32,074 bases of DNA from NCBI GenBank assembly GCA_964016885.1, contig CAXHJY010000466.1:1-32074 (forward strand). The letters are read 5' to 3'. Below are positions 9,643-21,800 of this stretch, piece by piece (the stretch's first letter is position 1; every line of letters begins with the position of its first letter). This DNA comes from Eledone cirrhosa. Taxonomy: Eukaryota. A program made the position numbers and the translations under genes. The notes under the pieces are model-generated. The model was not told the DNA's origin. It ran no database searches and saw only the letters and a list, made by a program, of their open reading frames with translations.

Positions 9643-9907
9643 GACTGGCTTTGTGCAGTGCCTTTGCTCACTATAAAAGCATCACGGCACAGGCATTGCT
9701 TTATATCTGGAGATCTCTCTGCACTTGTCGTCACATGGTACCATGGGCCCAGCACTAAGTGTCAATGGTTGTCACAAGTGTAGTGTTTGTACCAGAGTTT
9801 TCAAGTCGCTGGCTGGACTAAAAAGTCATACTCGTTCAGCGCATCGGTAGGGGTTCTCCTACATGAATATAAAGTAGTGGCCGTACTCGAAAACGAGTTG
9901 GCAGCCA

Positions 9908-9911
<4 letters not shown>
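9643..9911 (+). mobile_element. Second, 5'-truncated copy of the bipartite RTE derivative
   Basis: Homologous to 9112-9378 with several substitutions and a 2-bp indel. Confidence 0.85.
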
Positions 9912-9944
<33 letters not shown>

Positions 9945-9954
9945 TATGTATATG

Positions 9955-10033
<79 letters not shown>

Positions 10034-10075
10034 ATACATATATATATATATATATATACATACATATATATATAT

Positions 10076-10168
<93 letters not shown>

Positions 10169-10322
10169 CATATATATATATATATGCATATATATATATA
10201 TATATATATATACATACATATATACATACATATATATATATACATACATATATATATATATATATACATATATATATACATACATATATATATACATACA
10301 TATATATATATGTATACATATA
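9912..10322. repeat. Interrupted (TA)n tract, mainly CATACATA-type
   Basis: Direct reading. Confidence 0.96.
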
Positions 10323-10851
10323 GACGGTAGCCACGGAATAGGCAGACCCAGAAAAACCTGGGACGAGCTGATAAATTCCGACCTCACACACTTACACCTC
10401 TCCAAGACAATGTCACTGGACCGAGACCTTTGACGGTACTCAGTAATAGAGAAGACCCGCCTTACCTAAATACAAAGTAAAACCTACTACAGTCAGTTGG
10501 CATCTCTAACAAAATACACCCACGTCCCACCACCCCCACCCCATCCACACCGCCCCTTTCAATGTAAAGTTATGTTGGTGCCACAACATCCAGGCCGAAA
10601 CAAATGAGATCGTGTAGGTGTCACGTAAAAAAACACACAGTTCCCGCTGTAATGTGGCCATGTAGGCAACACGGTAAAAACCTCCCAGCCCCACACTGTA
10701 AATGTGGTTGGTGTTAGGAAGGGCATCCAACTGTACAAAACCCGCCAGATAGTCCTATGCGAGCAAGATAACCACTCTTGCCTCAAGTGGGAAAACCCTC
10801 CGTCCAAACCCATGCAAGCGTGGAACACGGACGTTAAACGATGATGATGAT
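10323..10851 (+). mobile_element. RTE-X-like LINE 3' end, copy 4
   Basis: Homologous to 1604-2145 ([16 protein letters not shown]...); ends in (GAT)n. Confidence 0.9.
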
Positions 10852-10896
10852 TATATATATATATATATATTGTATGTATATATATATATATGTATG

Positions 10897-10967
<71 letters not shown>

Positions 10968-10996
10968 GTATATATATATGTATATATGTATATATG

Positions 10997-11045
<49 letters not shown>

Positions 11046-11062
11046 GTATATATGTATATATG

Positions 11063-11130
<68 letters not shown>
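10852..11130. repeat. Interrupted (TA)n tract, TATG-type
   Basis: Direct reading. Confidence 0.96.
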
Positions 11131-11132
<2 letters not shown>

Positions 11133-11215
11133 ACTGAATAACTTTGAAATGTTTTGGCCAGTATTGGCCCAGGCCATGTCTAACTTAATAGCACCACCTG
11201 GCGAAGTCTTTCAAT

Positions 11216-14200
11216 TCAGGATTTGGGCACCATGGCCCATTCGAGAAGAGAATTACTGTTTGCGGAGACATATCCGGGTGTGGGTGGTTTGTCCGGGATT
11301 ACTTGGAGGAATTTGTCCAAAGACTTCTTGAATTTTGTGTGGTCAGTTTCTGTTTTGACATGTCCTGGTGTGATGTTGAAGAGAGCAGGGCCAATTGAGG
11401 TGAAATAATTGTGCTGTATTGTTGTTATGAGTTGCGATTTAGATTTTTGTATGGGATGGATAGCACGGGGCCCAAGCCTTGGGTGTATCTTGAAGGCGAT
11501 GCCAACATCATTTGGGCAGTGATGATGGAACATTTTCCACATCATGCAGATAATATAACGCTCACGGCGACGTTGGAGTGAGTAAAGTTTCAGCTTTTCT
11601 AGTCGACCCCAGTAGTCAAGGTCTGACATGCCATCTATCTTTTTAGTGATTGCCCTTTGAGGAGCTTCAAGTTTCATGATATTTTGTTTCATGTGGGGAG
11701 ACCACAGTGGACAACAGTATTCAAGGTGTGGTCGGGCAAAAGTAGAGAAGAGAAGGATAATGGTGTGGGAATCTCTCGACTGGAAGGTTCTGAGGATCCA
11801 GGAACACATTCTGCGGGCCATGTCAACTTTGCTGCTTATATGCGTGGCCCAGCTTATGTTGCTGTCCACGGTTACTCCCAAGTCTCTGATGTTGTTAGAT
11901 GCCACGAGAGTTTCCCCGGAGGGAAGGGAGTATGGGAGTTTCAGAGCATCCTCTTTTCCAAAGTGGATCAGTTCGAATTTGTCTTCGTTCAGTAACATGT
12001 TGTTCTTTTCCGCCCATTGGGTAACAGCCAGTAGGTCTGACTGAAGGCTTATCCGGTCATCCACGCCATTGATGACCTTTTGGAGCTTGGAATCATCAGC
12101 GAAAATTTTAATGTTGCTGTGTTTGATGATGTCAGTGATGTCATTAATATAGATGATGAAGAGAAGTGGGCCCAACACAGTGCCTTGTGGGACCCCACTA
12201 CTGACTTTGGCTGGGCTGGATTTGACTCCTTCAACTACAACATGTTGGGTTCTGTTTGACAGGAAGCTCTTGATCCACTGCAGCAGCTTTCCAGTGACAC
12301 CAATATTGGACAGTTTTCTCAGTAGAATGTTATGATCAACCCTGTCAAAGGCCTTGCTGAAATCAAGGTAGATAACATCAGTGTTGGAACCCTCTCCCAA
12401 GGCTCTCAAAATGTCATCAAAGTGATGCAGTAGCTGCGTCAGGCAATCCCTTCCATTACGGAATCCATGCTGGTTGGAGTTCAGCATATTGTTACTCTCA
12501 AGGAAGTGGGTCATTCGCGATCTCACCACTCTCTCAAATACCTTAATGATATGAGAGGTGAGTGAGATTGGATGGTAATTCACGGCAAGGGATTTGTTTC
12601 CTTTTTTGAAAACTGGGACAACAGACTGGGATAGAAGGTTTTCTGGCACATATCCAGCATCCAGTGAGTTCCGCCACAGATTGGCAAGAGGAGATGCAAG
12701 TTGGTGTTGACACGCCTTCAAGACGCAAGCAGGGAACCTATCGGGATCTACTGCTGAATTATGCTTGATTTCCTTTATTGCCACTAAGACATCAGGGGCG
12801 CCAAACGTTATGTCCGATAAGGTGTAATGGGGAGTAACATCACCGATACAGCCCAGATCGGACATATCAGGATTGCTGAAAACAGAGCAGTATTGTTTCT
12901 GCAGTATCTCACCCATGGTTTTAGCATTGTCTTGAAGAGTGCCATTTTCATCAATTAGAGGGCCAACAGTAGAGCCAGTGATTTTGTGTTTTTTTGCAAA
13001 TGAAAAGAACACTTTGGGATTGAGTTTGATCTTCTCAATGGCCCAGGCCTCTTCAGCTCTTCTCTGATTGTTGATGAGAGACATTATGTTGTTTTGGAGG
13101 TTATGTTTTCTAATCTCTAGTGATGAAATGGCAGTCAAGTTGATGTGTTGCTGCTGATAGTATTTCAGCTTGTTGATTTTTTTGTTCGTTCTCTTAATTT
13201 TTCTGATGAGCGTTTTTCTATTTCTAGGGATTCTGCTCTTAGATTTGTTTATAGTTCTTAATGGGGTGTCTTTTGCACATATGTTTGTAACAGTGTCCAC
13301 AAATGTCTGCCAGGACTTTTTGATGTTAGTGGGTGTATGAGTGTGCGTGAAGGACCAGTCGACATGTGCAAGATCATGACTGATCGCTTCCCAGTTTGCA
13401 TTGTGGAAATCCATAGCGTCAAACGGATGGACAGGAGAGATGACATTGGGTTTGTATATTGGACGGTGGAATTTCAGATCACAGAGAACCATGTCATGAT
13501 CAGAGAGTAGAGTTTTCTCCACTGCAATATTGTGGATATTGTCAGTGTGATTGCTGAAAATTAAGTCTAGGACGTTTTTTTGGCACCTCGTTGGTTCGAG
13601 CACCAGTTGGGATAGGAAGAAATCATCCATGAAGTCAAGAAGCGATTCCACTGCTTCCCTGTCAGAGGTTGAGGCAGAAGAAGCTGGTGGCAGGCTGTTT
13701 GTGGACCAGTCAACTCCGGGGAGGTTGAAGTCCCTCATCATTAAGATGTTGTCAGGGTGACACTCTTGGATGAAACACTTTATGCTGTTGAGGCATTCCT
13801 TGAAGCATGGTACAGGCGTTTGGGGTGGCCTATAGAGCCCAACTACTATTAGGTTGTTGGTTTGACTGAATACAGTGACTGCTTCGCAGTATCCATTAGT
13901 GAATATGTTCATAGCCTCTGTTGAGAAAGAATTATGGACATAAATGGCAGTCCCGCCCTTTCTTCTGCCAGCGCGATCAGCACGGATGGCTTTGAAATTT
14001 TTCACTTTCACCTCGGCTTCCAAGTGGAGGTTACTGAGATTGGTTTCAGTGAGGACGAAGAAAGGGATGTGGTTTGGATGGACATCAATCCAGTCCTCCA
14101 GGAATTTGATCTTCCATTTTTGAGTATTGGTGGAAGGGCTGATGCCTTGGGCGTTAAGCAAAAATATAGAGGCGAGAGTGGATGGTTTTAATTGTTTTGG

Positions 14201-14236
14201 TGTGTTGTTAATTTGTTTGTTTGTTAATGGCAGCAA
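11216..14236 (-). CDS. ORF2: APE endonuclease plus reverse transcriptase (CR1/L2 group); no ATG start before the endonuclease
   Basis: LTET, GLYRPP, (G>R)DFN, LDLIF, SDH; [64 protein letters not shown]. Confidence 0.95.
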   Translation of the reverse strand: MLPLTNKQINNTPKQLKPSTLASIFLLNAQGISPSTNTQKWKIKFLEDWIDVHPNHIPFFVLTETNLSNLHLEAEVKVKNFKAIRADRAGRRKGGTAIYVHNSFSTEAMNIFTNGYCEAVTVFSQTNNLIVVGLYRPPQTPVPCFKECLNSIKCFIQECHPDNILMMRDFNLPGVDWSTNSLPPASSASTSDREAVESLLDFMDDFFLSQLVLEPTRCQKNVLDLIFSNHTDNIHNIAVEKTLLSDHDMVLCDLKFHRPIYKPNVISPVHPFDAMDFHNANWEAISHDLAHVDWSFTHTHTPTNIKKSWQTFVDTVTNICAKDTPLRTINKSKSRIPRNRKTLIRKIKRTNKKINKLKYYQQQHINLTAISSLEIRKHNLQNNIMSLINNQRRAEEAWAIEKIKLNPKVFFSFAKKHKITGSTVGPLIDENGTLQDNAKTMGEILQKQYCSVFSNPDMSDLGCIGDVTPHYTLSDITFGAPDVLVAIKEIKHNSAVDPDRFPACVLKACQHQLASPLANLWRNSLDAGYVPENLLSQSVVPVFKKGNKSLAVNYHPISLTSHIIKVFERVVRSRMTHFLESNNMLNSNQHGFRNGRDCLTQLLHHFDDILRALGEGSNTDVIYLDFSKAFDRVDHNILLRKLSNIGVTGKLLQWIKSFLSNRTQHVVVEGVKSSPAKVSSGVPQGTVLGPLLFIIYINDITDIIKHSNIKIFADDSKLQKVINGVDDRISLQSDLLAVTQWAEKNNMLLNEDKFELIHFGKEDALKLPYSLPSGETLVASNNIRDLGVTVDSNISWATHISSKVDMARRMCSWILRTFQSRDSHTIILLFSTFARPHLEYCCPLWSPHMKQNIMKLEAPQRAITKKIDGMSDLDYWGRLEKLKLYSLQRRRERYIICMMWKMFHHHCPNDVGIAFKIHPRLGPRAIHPIQKSKSQLITTIQHNYFTSIGPALFNITPGHVKTETDHTKFKKSLDKFLQVIPDKPPTPGYVSANSNSLLEWAMVPKS

Positions 14237-15341
14237 TGGGAGTTTGTGCAGTGGGGTGATAGTGGCGGGTGGTGCTGGGTGATAGCTCGAATGTTTTTTT
14301 CCAGTTCTTTTGCCAGATTCATTATGGCTAAAAAAGAGGAAGAAGTTTCCTGTTTAGAAGACTGTTGGTGACTGTGGTAGTGGTTATTTTTATGTAGGTT
14401 ATGGTTTTTGTTTTTGCTTTTATTTTTAATTTTATTTTCATTTGTCCGACGGGTCCCCGGGAGATGGGTAAAGGGACAATCCCGGTCTAAACACAATCTG
14501 TCTTGCAGGGAAAAGCGGCAGATTTGTGGATTCCTTGTTTGAGTTATTGGTGGTTGTGTTGGTGTTAAATTAGAGTATGTATTATGGTGGTAGCTGTTTG
14601 TGGGGATAGACCGTTTTGTCCTAGGTAAATGGGTGAATTTGCAGCCACTATCCGTACATATTCTATAGCGTAGAGAGTAGCGGCAAATGATGGGGTTTCG
14701 AGTGGGTGGGTATGTGGGTGTGTGTTGTGAGAGGTGTAGATGATGGTTTGAGTAGGATTTGACGACCTTTGTGGACTGTGGGAGGGAGAGTTCTTGTACT
14801 GGTATTAGAAGGTAATAGTAGTAGTAGTAGTAGTAGGCAGAGAAGAAGATGTTGGCAGTGGTGATGATTGGACTGCTGGGCCAGAGAAAGGATGTTGCGT
14901 TTGCTGCTGTGAGACAGAGGCTACTGGGAGGTCAATAGTTTCATTTAGTAGATCGGCCATTGTTGATGAATCAAGGAGTGGTTCACACTGTTGTTGTTGT
15001 TGTTGCTGTTGTTGATGTTGTTGCTGTTGTAACTGTTGTTGTTGTTGCCGTTGTAGCTGCTGTTGTTGTTGTTGCTGCTGCTGGACAGCATCCGAAGAAA
15101 AAATACACCGTAGTTTATCCATATGTTTATTGATTAATTTAAAAGCAATTTCGATTTGCTTTAATTTATTTTGAATCTGTTGTTCAGATCGGGTTTTCAA
15201 AAGTTGAACTGTACGTTTAGCAATGTCGTTCAGACATGAAGCATCTATGTCTTCTGTTTGGGTAAGGCAATGCCATGTGTTTATTAGAATGTCGATTTCA
15301 TTATCAGACCAGTTCTGTTTGGATTTTTGCTGGTTAGCCAT
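14224..15341 (-). pseudogene. ORF1 with Myb/SANT-like domain, polyQ and two CCCH zinc fingers; one frameshift near 14810-14880
   Basis: ATG at 15341: WSDNEIDILINTW...IAKRTVQLLKTRSEQQIQNKLK. The second frame gives CRYSLRYRICTDSGCKFTH and [19 protein letters not shown] and is open to the stop at 14224. Confidence 0.75.
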
Positions 15342-15711
15342 TCTAGTTTTGAGTGTGTGTGTTTTAGTTAAGTATTTCAATATATATATATATTTTTTTT
15401 ATTTATTTTTGTTTTTTGTTTTTCTTGTGTGTGAGTGAGAAGAGTATATATATAAATATGAGTATATATATATATATATATGTATATTCTGGTTATTTGA
15501 AATTAATTAAATTAATGAAAAGACGAAAGTATATAATAATTTGTAGTTAAAGGAAAATGTACTCACAAGTTGGTAAACACGTGGTTTCAAATATATAATA
15601 ATATAGATGTATGTAAATGTATTAACCGGTCAATTTTTGTTTGTTTGGTTTTGTTTTGTGGTTTTGTTTTGTGGCTGTGTGATTTGCTGCTTACTCGGGG
15701 AGAGAAGTAAA

Positions 15712-16230
<519 letters not shown>

Positions 16231-16493
16231 GAAAGTCATCTTCGCAGTCATAAAGTAAGACCAGTGGTTGACTACCAGGCTGCTGTTGGAGATGCTACTC
16301 ATCATGCTTGCCAAACATGTGGTAGAGAATGTAAATCAGCAGGAGGACTCAAGCGACATGCAAAAGTACACGAACTCCAACCACAGCCGACTATTCCCAG
16401 TAAATGTTTTGGTTGCCGACTCTGTGCAAGACATTTTAGATCATTGGCTGGGCTAAAAAGCCACATTCGATCGCAGCACTGTTAGTTGCTATC

Positions 16494-16531
<38 letters not shown>

Positions 16532-16610
16532 GCTTATGTGCGTGCGTGTGTGTGTATATATATATGAATATGTATATTATTATTGTTGTTGTCGTTATTA
16601 TTATTATTGC

Positions 16611-16644
<34 letters not shown>

Positions 16645-16828
16645 GTTATTAATGTATGTGTGTATATATGTGTGAGTGTATGTGTATGTATGTGTGTGTG
16701 TATATATGTATGTATGTGTATGTATGTGTGTGTGTATATATACGTGTATGTATATATATATGTATATATATGTGTGTATATATATATATATATATCTTTT
16801 CCCTTTTTTTTTTTTTTTTTTTTTTTTT

Positions 16829-16870
<42 letters not shown>

Positions 16871-16938
16871 TTTTTTTATTTATTTTTTTTTTTTTATTGT
16901 GCAATGGCCATACTCGATAACGAGGGGGCAGCCATCAT
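16231..16938 (+). mobile_element. 5'-truncated copy of the RTE LINE at 18.5-22.7 kb (last two zinc fingers plus 3'UTR)
   Basis: 16231-16485 is nearly identical to 22197-22451 and has the same terminal ATGGCCATACTCGATAACGAGGGGGCAGCCATCAT. Confidence 0.95.
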
Positions 16939-17326
<388 letters not shown>

Positions 17327-18495
17327 GAGGGAGCTTATAGATAGGACAACACACGCTGTCTCTTCGTGGGGTAAGTTTTTAATTAATTTTTGTATTCTGA
17401 AACATCAAAATACAACAATTTGTTGGTTACTGGTCTCGGGAATGTCACGACAGAAGTTTGTGGAAGTTACACAAATATTTTAGTATATTTTAGCAGAGCA
17501 ATCCTTATTTATATTTTACATTTACTTACATCTCAATATAACATGGCTAGAATTCAAATTTTGCTAAGAGAAGAAAACGGTCAAATGAACTAGATACATC
17601 TCACTGTCCACACCACCACAATAACGTCTACACTCTCTCCCCACCATCACATGTCATTACCATACCATACCCTATCGAGACTAAAGTCATCGACCTGTTG
17701 TCAAACTCTCTACTCTCTGATGAATGTATATATATATATGTGTGTGTATGTATATGTGTGTATATACATCACTCAGTCAAACAACCAGATTTCAACCCCA
17801 ACATCTACAACAACAACAACACCGGCCCTAATGTTTACAGCAACAACAGCTTCAGAATGAACTGAAATGAACATTTACAACAATTACAACAACAACAACA
17901 ACAGCGGCATCAAAACATAAAAAAAGGAAGGGAAAAGAAAAAAGAAAAGGGAAGGGGAAAAAAAAAAAAAAAAAAAAGGAGAAAAAAAAGAAAGGAAAAA
18001 AAAAAAAAAAAAACTCAAAATAACAAAACACACACACACACACACACACACACAACAGAACAACAACATCAACTGCCACCACCACCACCACCGCCACCGC
18101 CGTCGCCATCACCATCACCAGCGACCTGGCCTTAAGAACAACTTTAATAATAATTTTTCTGCTTTTGGCACGGATCCAGCGACTGGCCAGCGCATCACTG
18201 GTACTCTCTTTTGTTGACTCCGTGGAGAGCCATAACTCTATGCTGTAAAGCAATTATAGTAATACTGGACTGTAATACGATCGGCTTCAACTATACAAAC
18301 TCTTGAAAGTCAACAGTTGACATAATCTGGTAATCTTGTATCAGTAATGACGGTAATATATATATATATATGTGTGTGTGTGCGTGTAAGTGAGTAGAGT
18401 AGCGTGTGTGTGTGTTTGTTGTGTGTGTGAGTGTTGCTGTGTGCACGCATATGTATGCGTGTGTGTGTATGTCGTACGTATAAGTGTCAATAAGT

Positions 18496-18529
<34 letters not shown>

Positions 18530-18531
<2 letters not shown>

Positions 18532-18830
18532 GCGGGGACATAGAAATAATCGGGCTGGATGCCCGATCGCGCAGTTAAACCACTGGGAGTGAAGAACCCC
18601 TAGCCCATGTCAGGGTATTCTTCTAGGAGAAGGCATCTCAGGAAACTGGGTTAACTCCGATATAAAACCTGCGGCTCAGTAGTTACCGATGATGTTGATC
18701 TTTTCTTCTTTTCGGGTTATAGCTACTGTCGCTCAGAGAGTGGGATTGGTTCAGTGCACAGTCTTTCCTCACTTTAAAAATATTCGTCACGCACAGGCAT
18801 TGCACGAGTGCATTAATAATTATTAATAGT

Positions 18831-18867
<37 letters not shown>

Positions 18868-21800
18868 TATTATTACTTTTTTTTTTTTTTTTTTTTTCCA
18901 ATTCAATGATGTTCCAGAACAATGTAAACGAGATAATTGCCAATTTGGGTTCTGGAACAAAAAAGATCATTGGCAATAAGGGCAGGGGCCCCAAGTTATC
19001 ACAACCTGGGCCCGCCCGTCATCGTGCCATTGTAATAGAGCCAAACAGGGCATTTAGTCTTGGCTGCTGGAACGTACGGACGCTGCTTGACAGGGATTCT
19101 TTGGAGCGTCCTGAACGAAGGACCGCTCTTGTTGCGAAGGAGCTTCGACGTTACGATCTTGACATCGTGGCTTTGTCTGAGACGAGGTTAGCTGGAGATG
19201 GTCATCTTACGGAATTTTGTGGAGAATATACATTCTTCTGGAAAGGAAGAGATGAAGGAACCAGAAGAGAGGCTGGGGTAGGATTTGCTGTTAAGACTGT
19301 ACTGGTGAATAAATTGGAAGAATTCCCAGTGGGGATTAGTGAGCGTCTTATGTCCATGAGAGTTCCGCTGGACAAGGGAAGATATGCTACCCTGGTGAGT
19401 GTGTATGCTCCAACTATGAATTCTGTCGATGAAGAAAAACTGTCCTTTTACCATGCCTTGAAAGGTGTTTTAAGAAATATCCCTCAGGCAGACAAAGTCA
19501 TCGTGCTTGGTGACTTTAATGCTAGAGTGGGTAGGGATTTTAACACATGGAATGTAATCGGAAGGCATGGGGTGGGAAAGTGTAACAGCAATGGTATGCT
19601 CTTGCTGCAGATGTGTGAGGAGCTGGATCTGTGTGTTACCAACACCATGTTCCAACAAAAGAACAAATTCAAGACCACATGGATGCATCCTGCATCTAAG
19701 GAATGGCATCTTTTGGACTACGTCCTAGTCAGGATGCGTGACAGACAGGATGTGCGGTGTGTTCGTGTTCTTCGTGGAGCTGAGTGCTGGACGGACCACC
19801 GCCTGGTACGCGCAAAAGTGAATCTAATCACCAAACGTAAAATCCGGGCTCCTGGTGTTACCCTGCCCAAAAGATTGAATGCTGCTCGTCTTAAGGATAA
19901 AAATGTGAAGAGGACATTGGAAGAAGAGATGCAGGCTGCAGATCTTGGTGAGGATTGGCCGACCCTTAAAAAGTCGGTTTATGATGTAGGCAGACGTGTT
20001 CTGGGATTGGTGCAGAGAAAACATCAGGACTGGTTTAATGAGAAAGATGTGCATATAGATGACTTGTTGGCTGATAAGAGGCGCGCTCTGTCACGCTACT
20101 TGACGGCAAGACCACAGGAGAGGAATACGTTGCATGAGGAGCTCAGGGATGTAAAATCACGTGTTAGGCGGAGTCTTTCTCAGATGAAGGATCAGTGGTG
20201 GAGTGAGAAGGCTGGTGAGATACAAACTGCGTCTGATTGCAATAACACAAAGCTGTTGTACAGTCTCTTGCGTGAGGTTTATGGACCGTCTTCTTCTCTG
20301 GTGACACCGATTCGCAGCAAGGATGGCAAAGAGCTTCTTCGTGACTCACAGGGAATTCTACGAAGGTGGCGGGAGCACTTTGATGATCTTTTGAATCAGC
20401 CGTCTGTCGTCAGTGAAGATTTCCTCAATCTCATTCCGGAAAGTCCTGTGAAAGTAGCTCTCGCAGAGCCTCCGACACTTGTGGAGGTTGCAGTGGCTAT
20501 TTCGAAGCTGAACAGTGGAAGATCTCCAGGTATGGATGGCATACATGCTGAGCTCCTACAATATGGTGGTGAGAGACTCCTGCAACATCTTCACTCTCTG
20601 TTTGGAAGGATATGGGCTAATGAATCCGTGCCTGAGGACTGGAGAGATGCAGTAATGGTGGTCTTGTACAAGGGAAAGGGTAACAGGAATGATTGTGGGA
20701 ACTACAGAGGTATATCATTGCTTTCTGTCGTGGGGAAAGTTTTATGTAGGGTGCTTCTGGACCGTCTGCTGACACACATTGCAGATTGTGTCCTTCCTGA
20801 AAGTCAATCTGGTTTTCGTGTTGGACGCGGCACTACTGATATGATCTTCTCAGCTAGACAGCTCCAGGAGAAGTGCATTGAACAGGGCTTGGATCTGTAT
20901 CAGGTTTTTGTCGATCTGACAAAGGCTTTCGATACTGTCAACAGAGATGCATTATGGAAGGTTCTCCAGAAACTTGGTTGCCCTGATAAGTTCCTTGCTT
21001 TAGTTAGGTCTTTCCATGACGACATGAAGGCTTGGGTTAATGTCGGAGGTAACATGTCGGAGCCTATCTCAGTAAAAAATGGAGTGAAACAGGGGGATAT
21101 TCCAGCACCGACCCTGTTTGCCATATACTTTGCAATGGTTTTCTGTATTGCATTCAGGAATTGCGAGCATGGTGTTTACATCCGATATCGAACCTCAGGC
21201 AGCATATTTAACATCAGGCGCTTTGCTGCGAAGACAAAAGTATTTACATCAGTCATAAGAGACCTCTTGTATGCAGATGATTGCGATCTTGTAGCGCACA
21301 CAGAGAGTGATATGCAGCACATTTTGAATGTATTTTCTGACGCTTGCACTGCCCTGGGTTTGACTGTCAGTCTCAAGAAAACCGTCGTCATGTACCAACC
21401 TGCACCTGGTAGGCAGTACACTGAACCAAACATCTATGTGTATGGCAAACGACTTGGAGTGGTTGATCAGTTTGTCTACCTGGGAAGCACTGTCAATCGA
21501 TACGGCAACCTTGACAGTGAAATCTCACTTAGGATTAGGAAAGCAAGTGATGCTTTCGGAAAGCTAGAAAGGCGACTCTGGGGTCGGCGAGACATATGCA
21601 GGAGGACAAAGGTAAAGGTGTACAGGGCATGTGTACTCTCTTGTCTTCTTTATGCCTGCGAGACCTGGGTCACATATCGACGCCACCTTAAGCAATTGGA
21701 GCGTTTCCATCAGATGTGTCTCAGACGGATACATGGCGTTCGCTGGAGGGACCACATCAGTGATGTCGAGATTTTGGAAAGCTCTATGTGTGACAGTATA

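Larger units (their letters stand above)
11131..15711 (-). mobile_element. Near full-length CR1/L2-group LINE (family A, copy 1)
   Basis: 5'UTR, ORF1, APE-RT ORF2, short 3'UTR with GGCCA-atac-TGGCC hairpin, and a TTCAAAGTTA-type tail merging into TA. Confidence 0.9.

Noticed and set aside
11657-12335. Antisense ORFs conserved between both CR1 copies (also 23662-24340) and opposite the RTE ORF
   Set aside because: Conservation simply reflects near-identity of the copies; these are shadow ORFs without recognisable motifs.
14805-15380. Host polyQ transcription-factor gene
   Set aside because: It is collinear and contiguous with the CCCH region and ORF2 inside one TA-bounded unit, so it is best read as LINE ORF1; capture from a host gene is not excluded.
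17717-17780. CTGATGA followed by a TA/TG hairpin, resembling a hammerhead
   Set aside because: No GAAA follows the stem and no stem I partner is present; the upstream GAGAC-taaa-GTC does not complete a valid topology.
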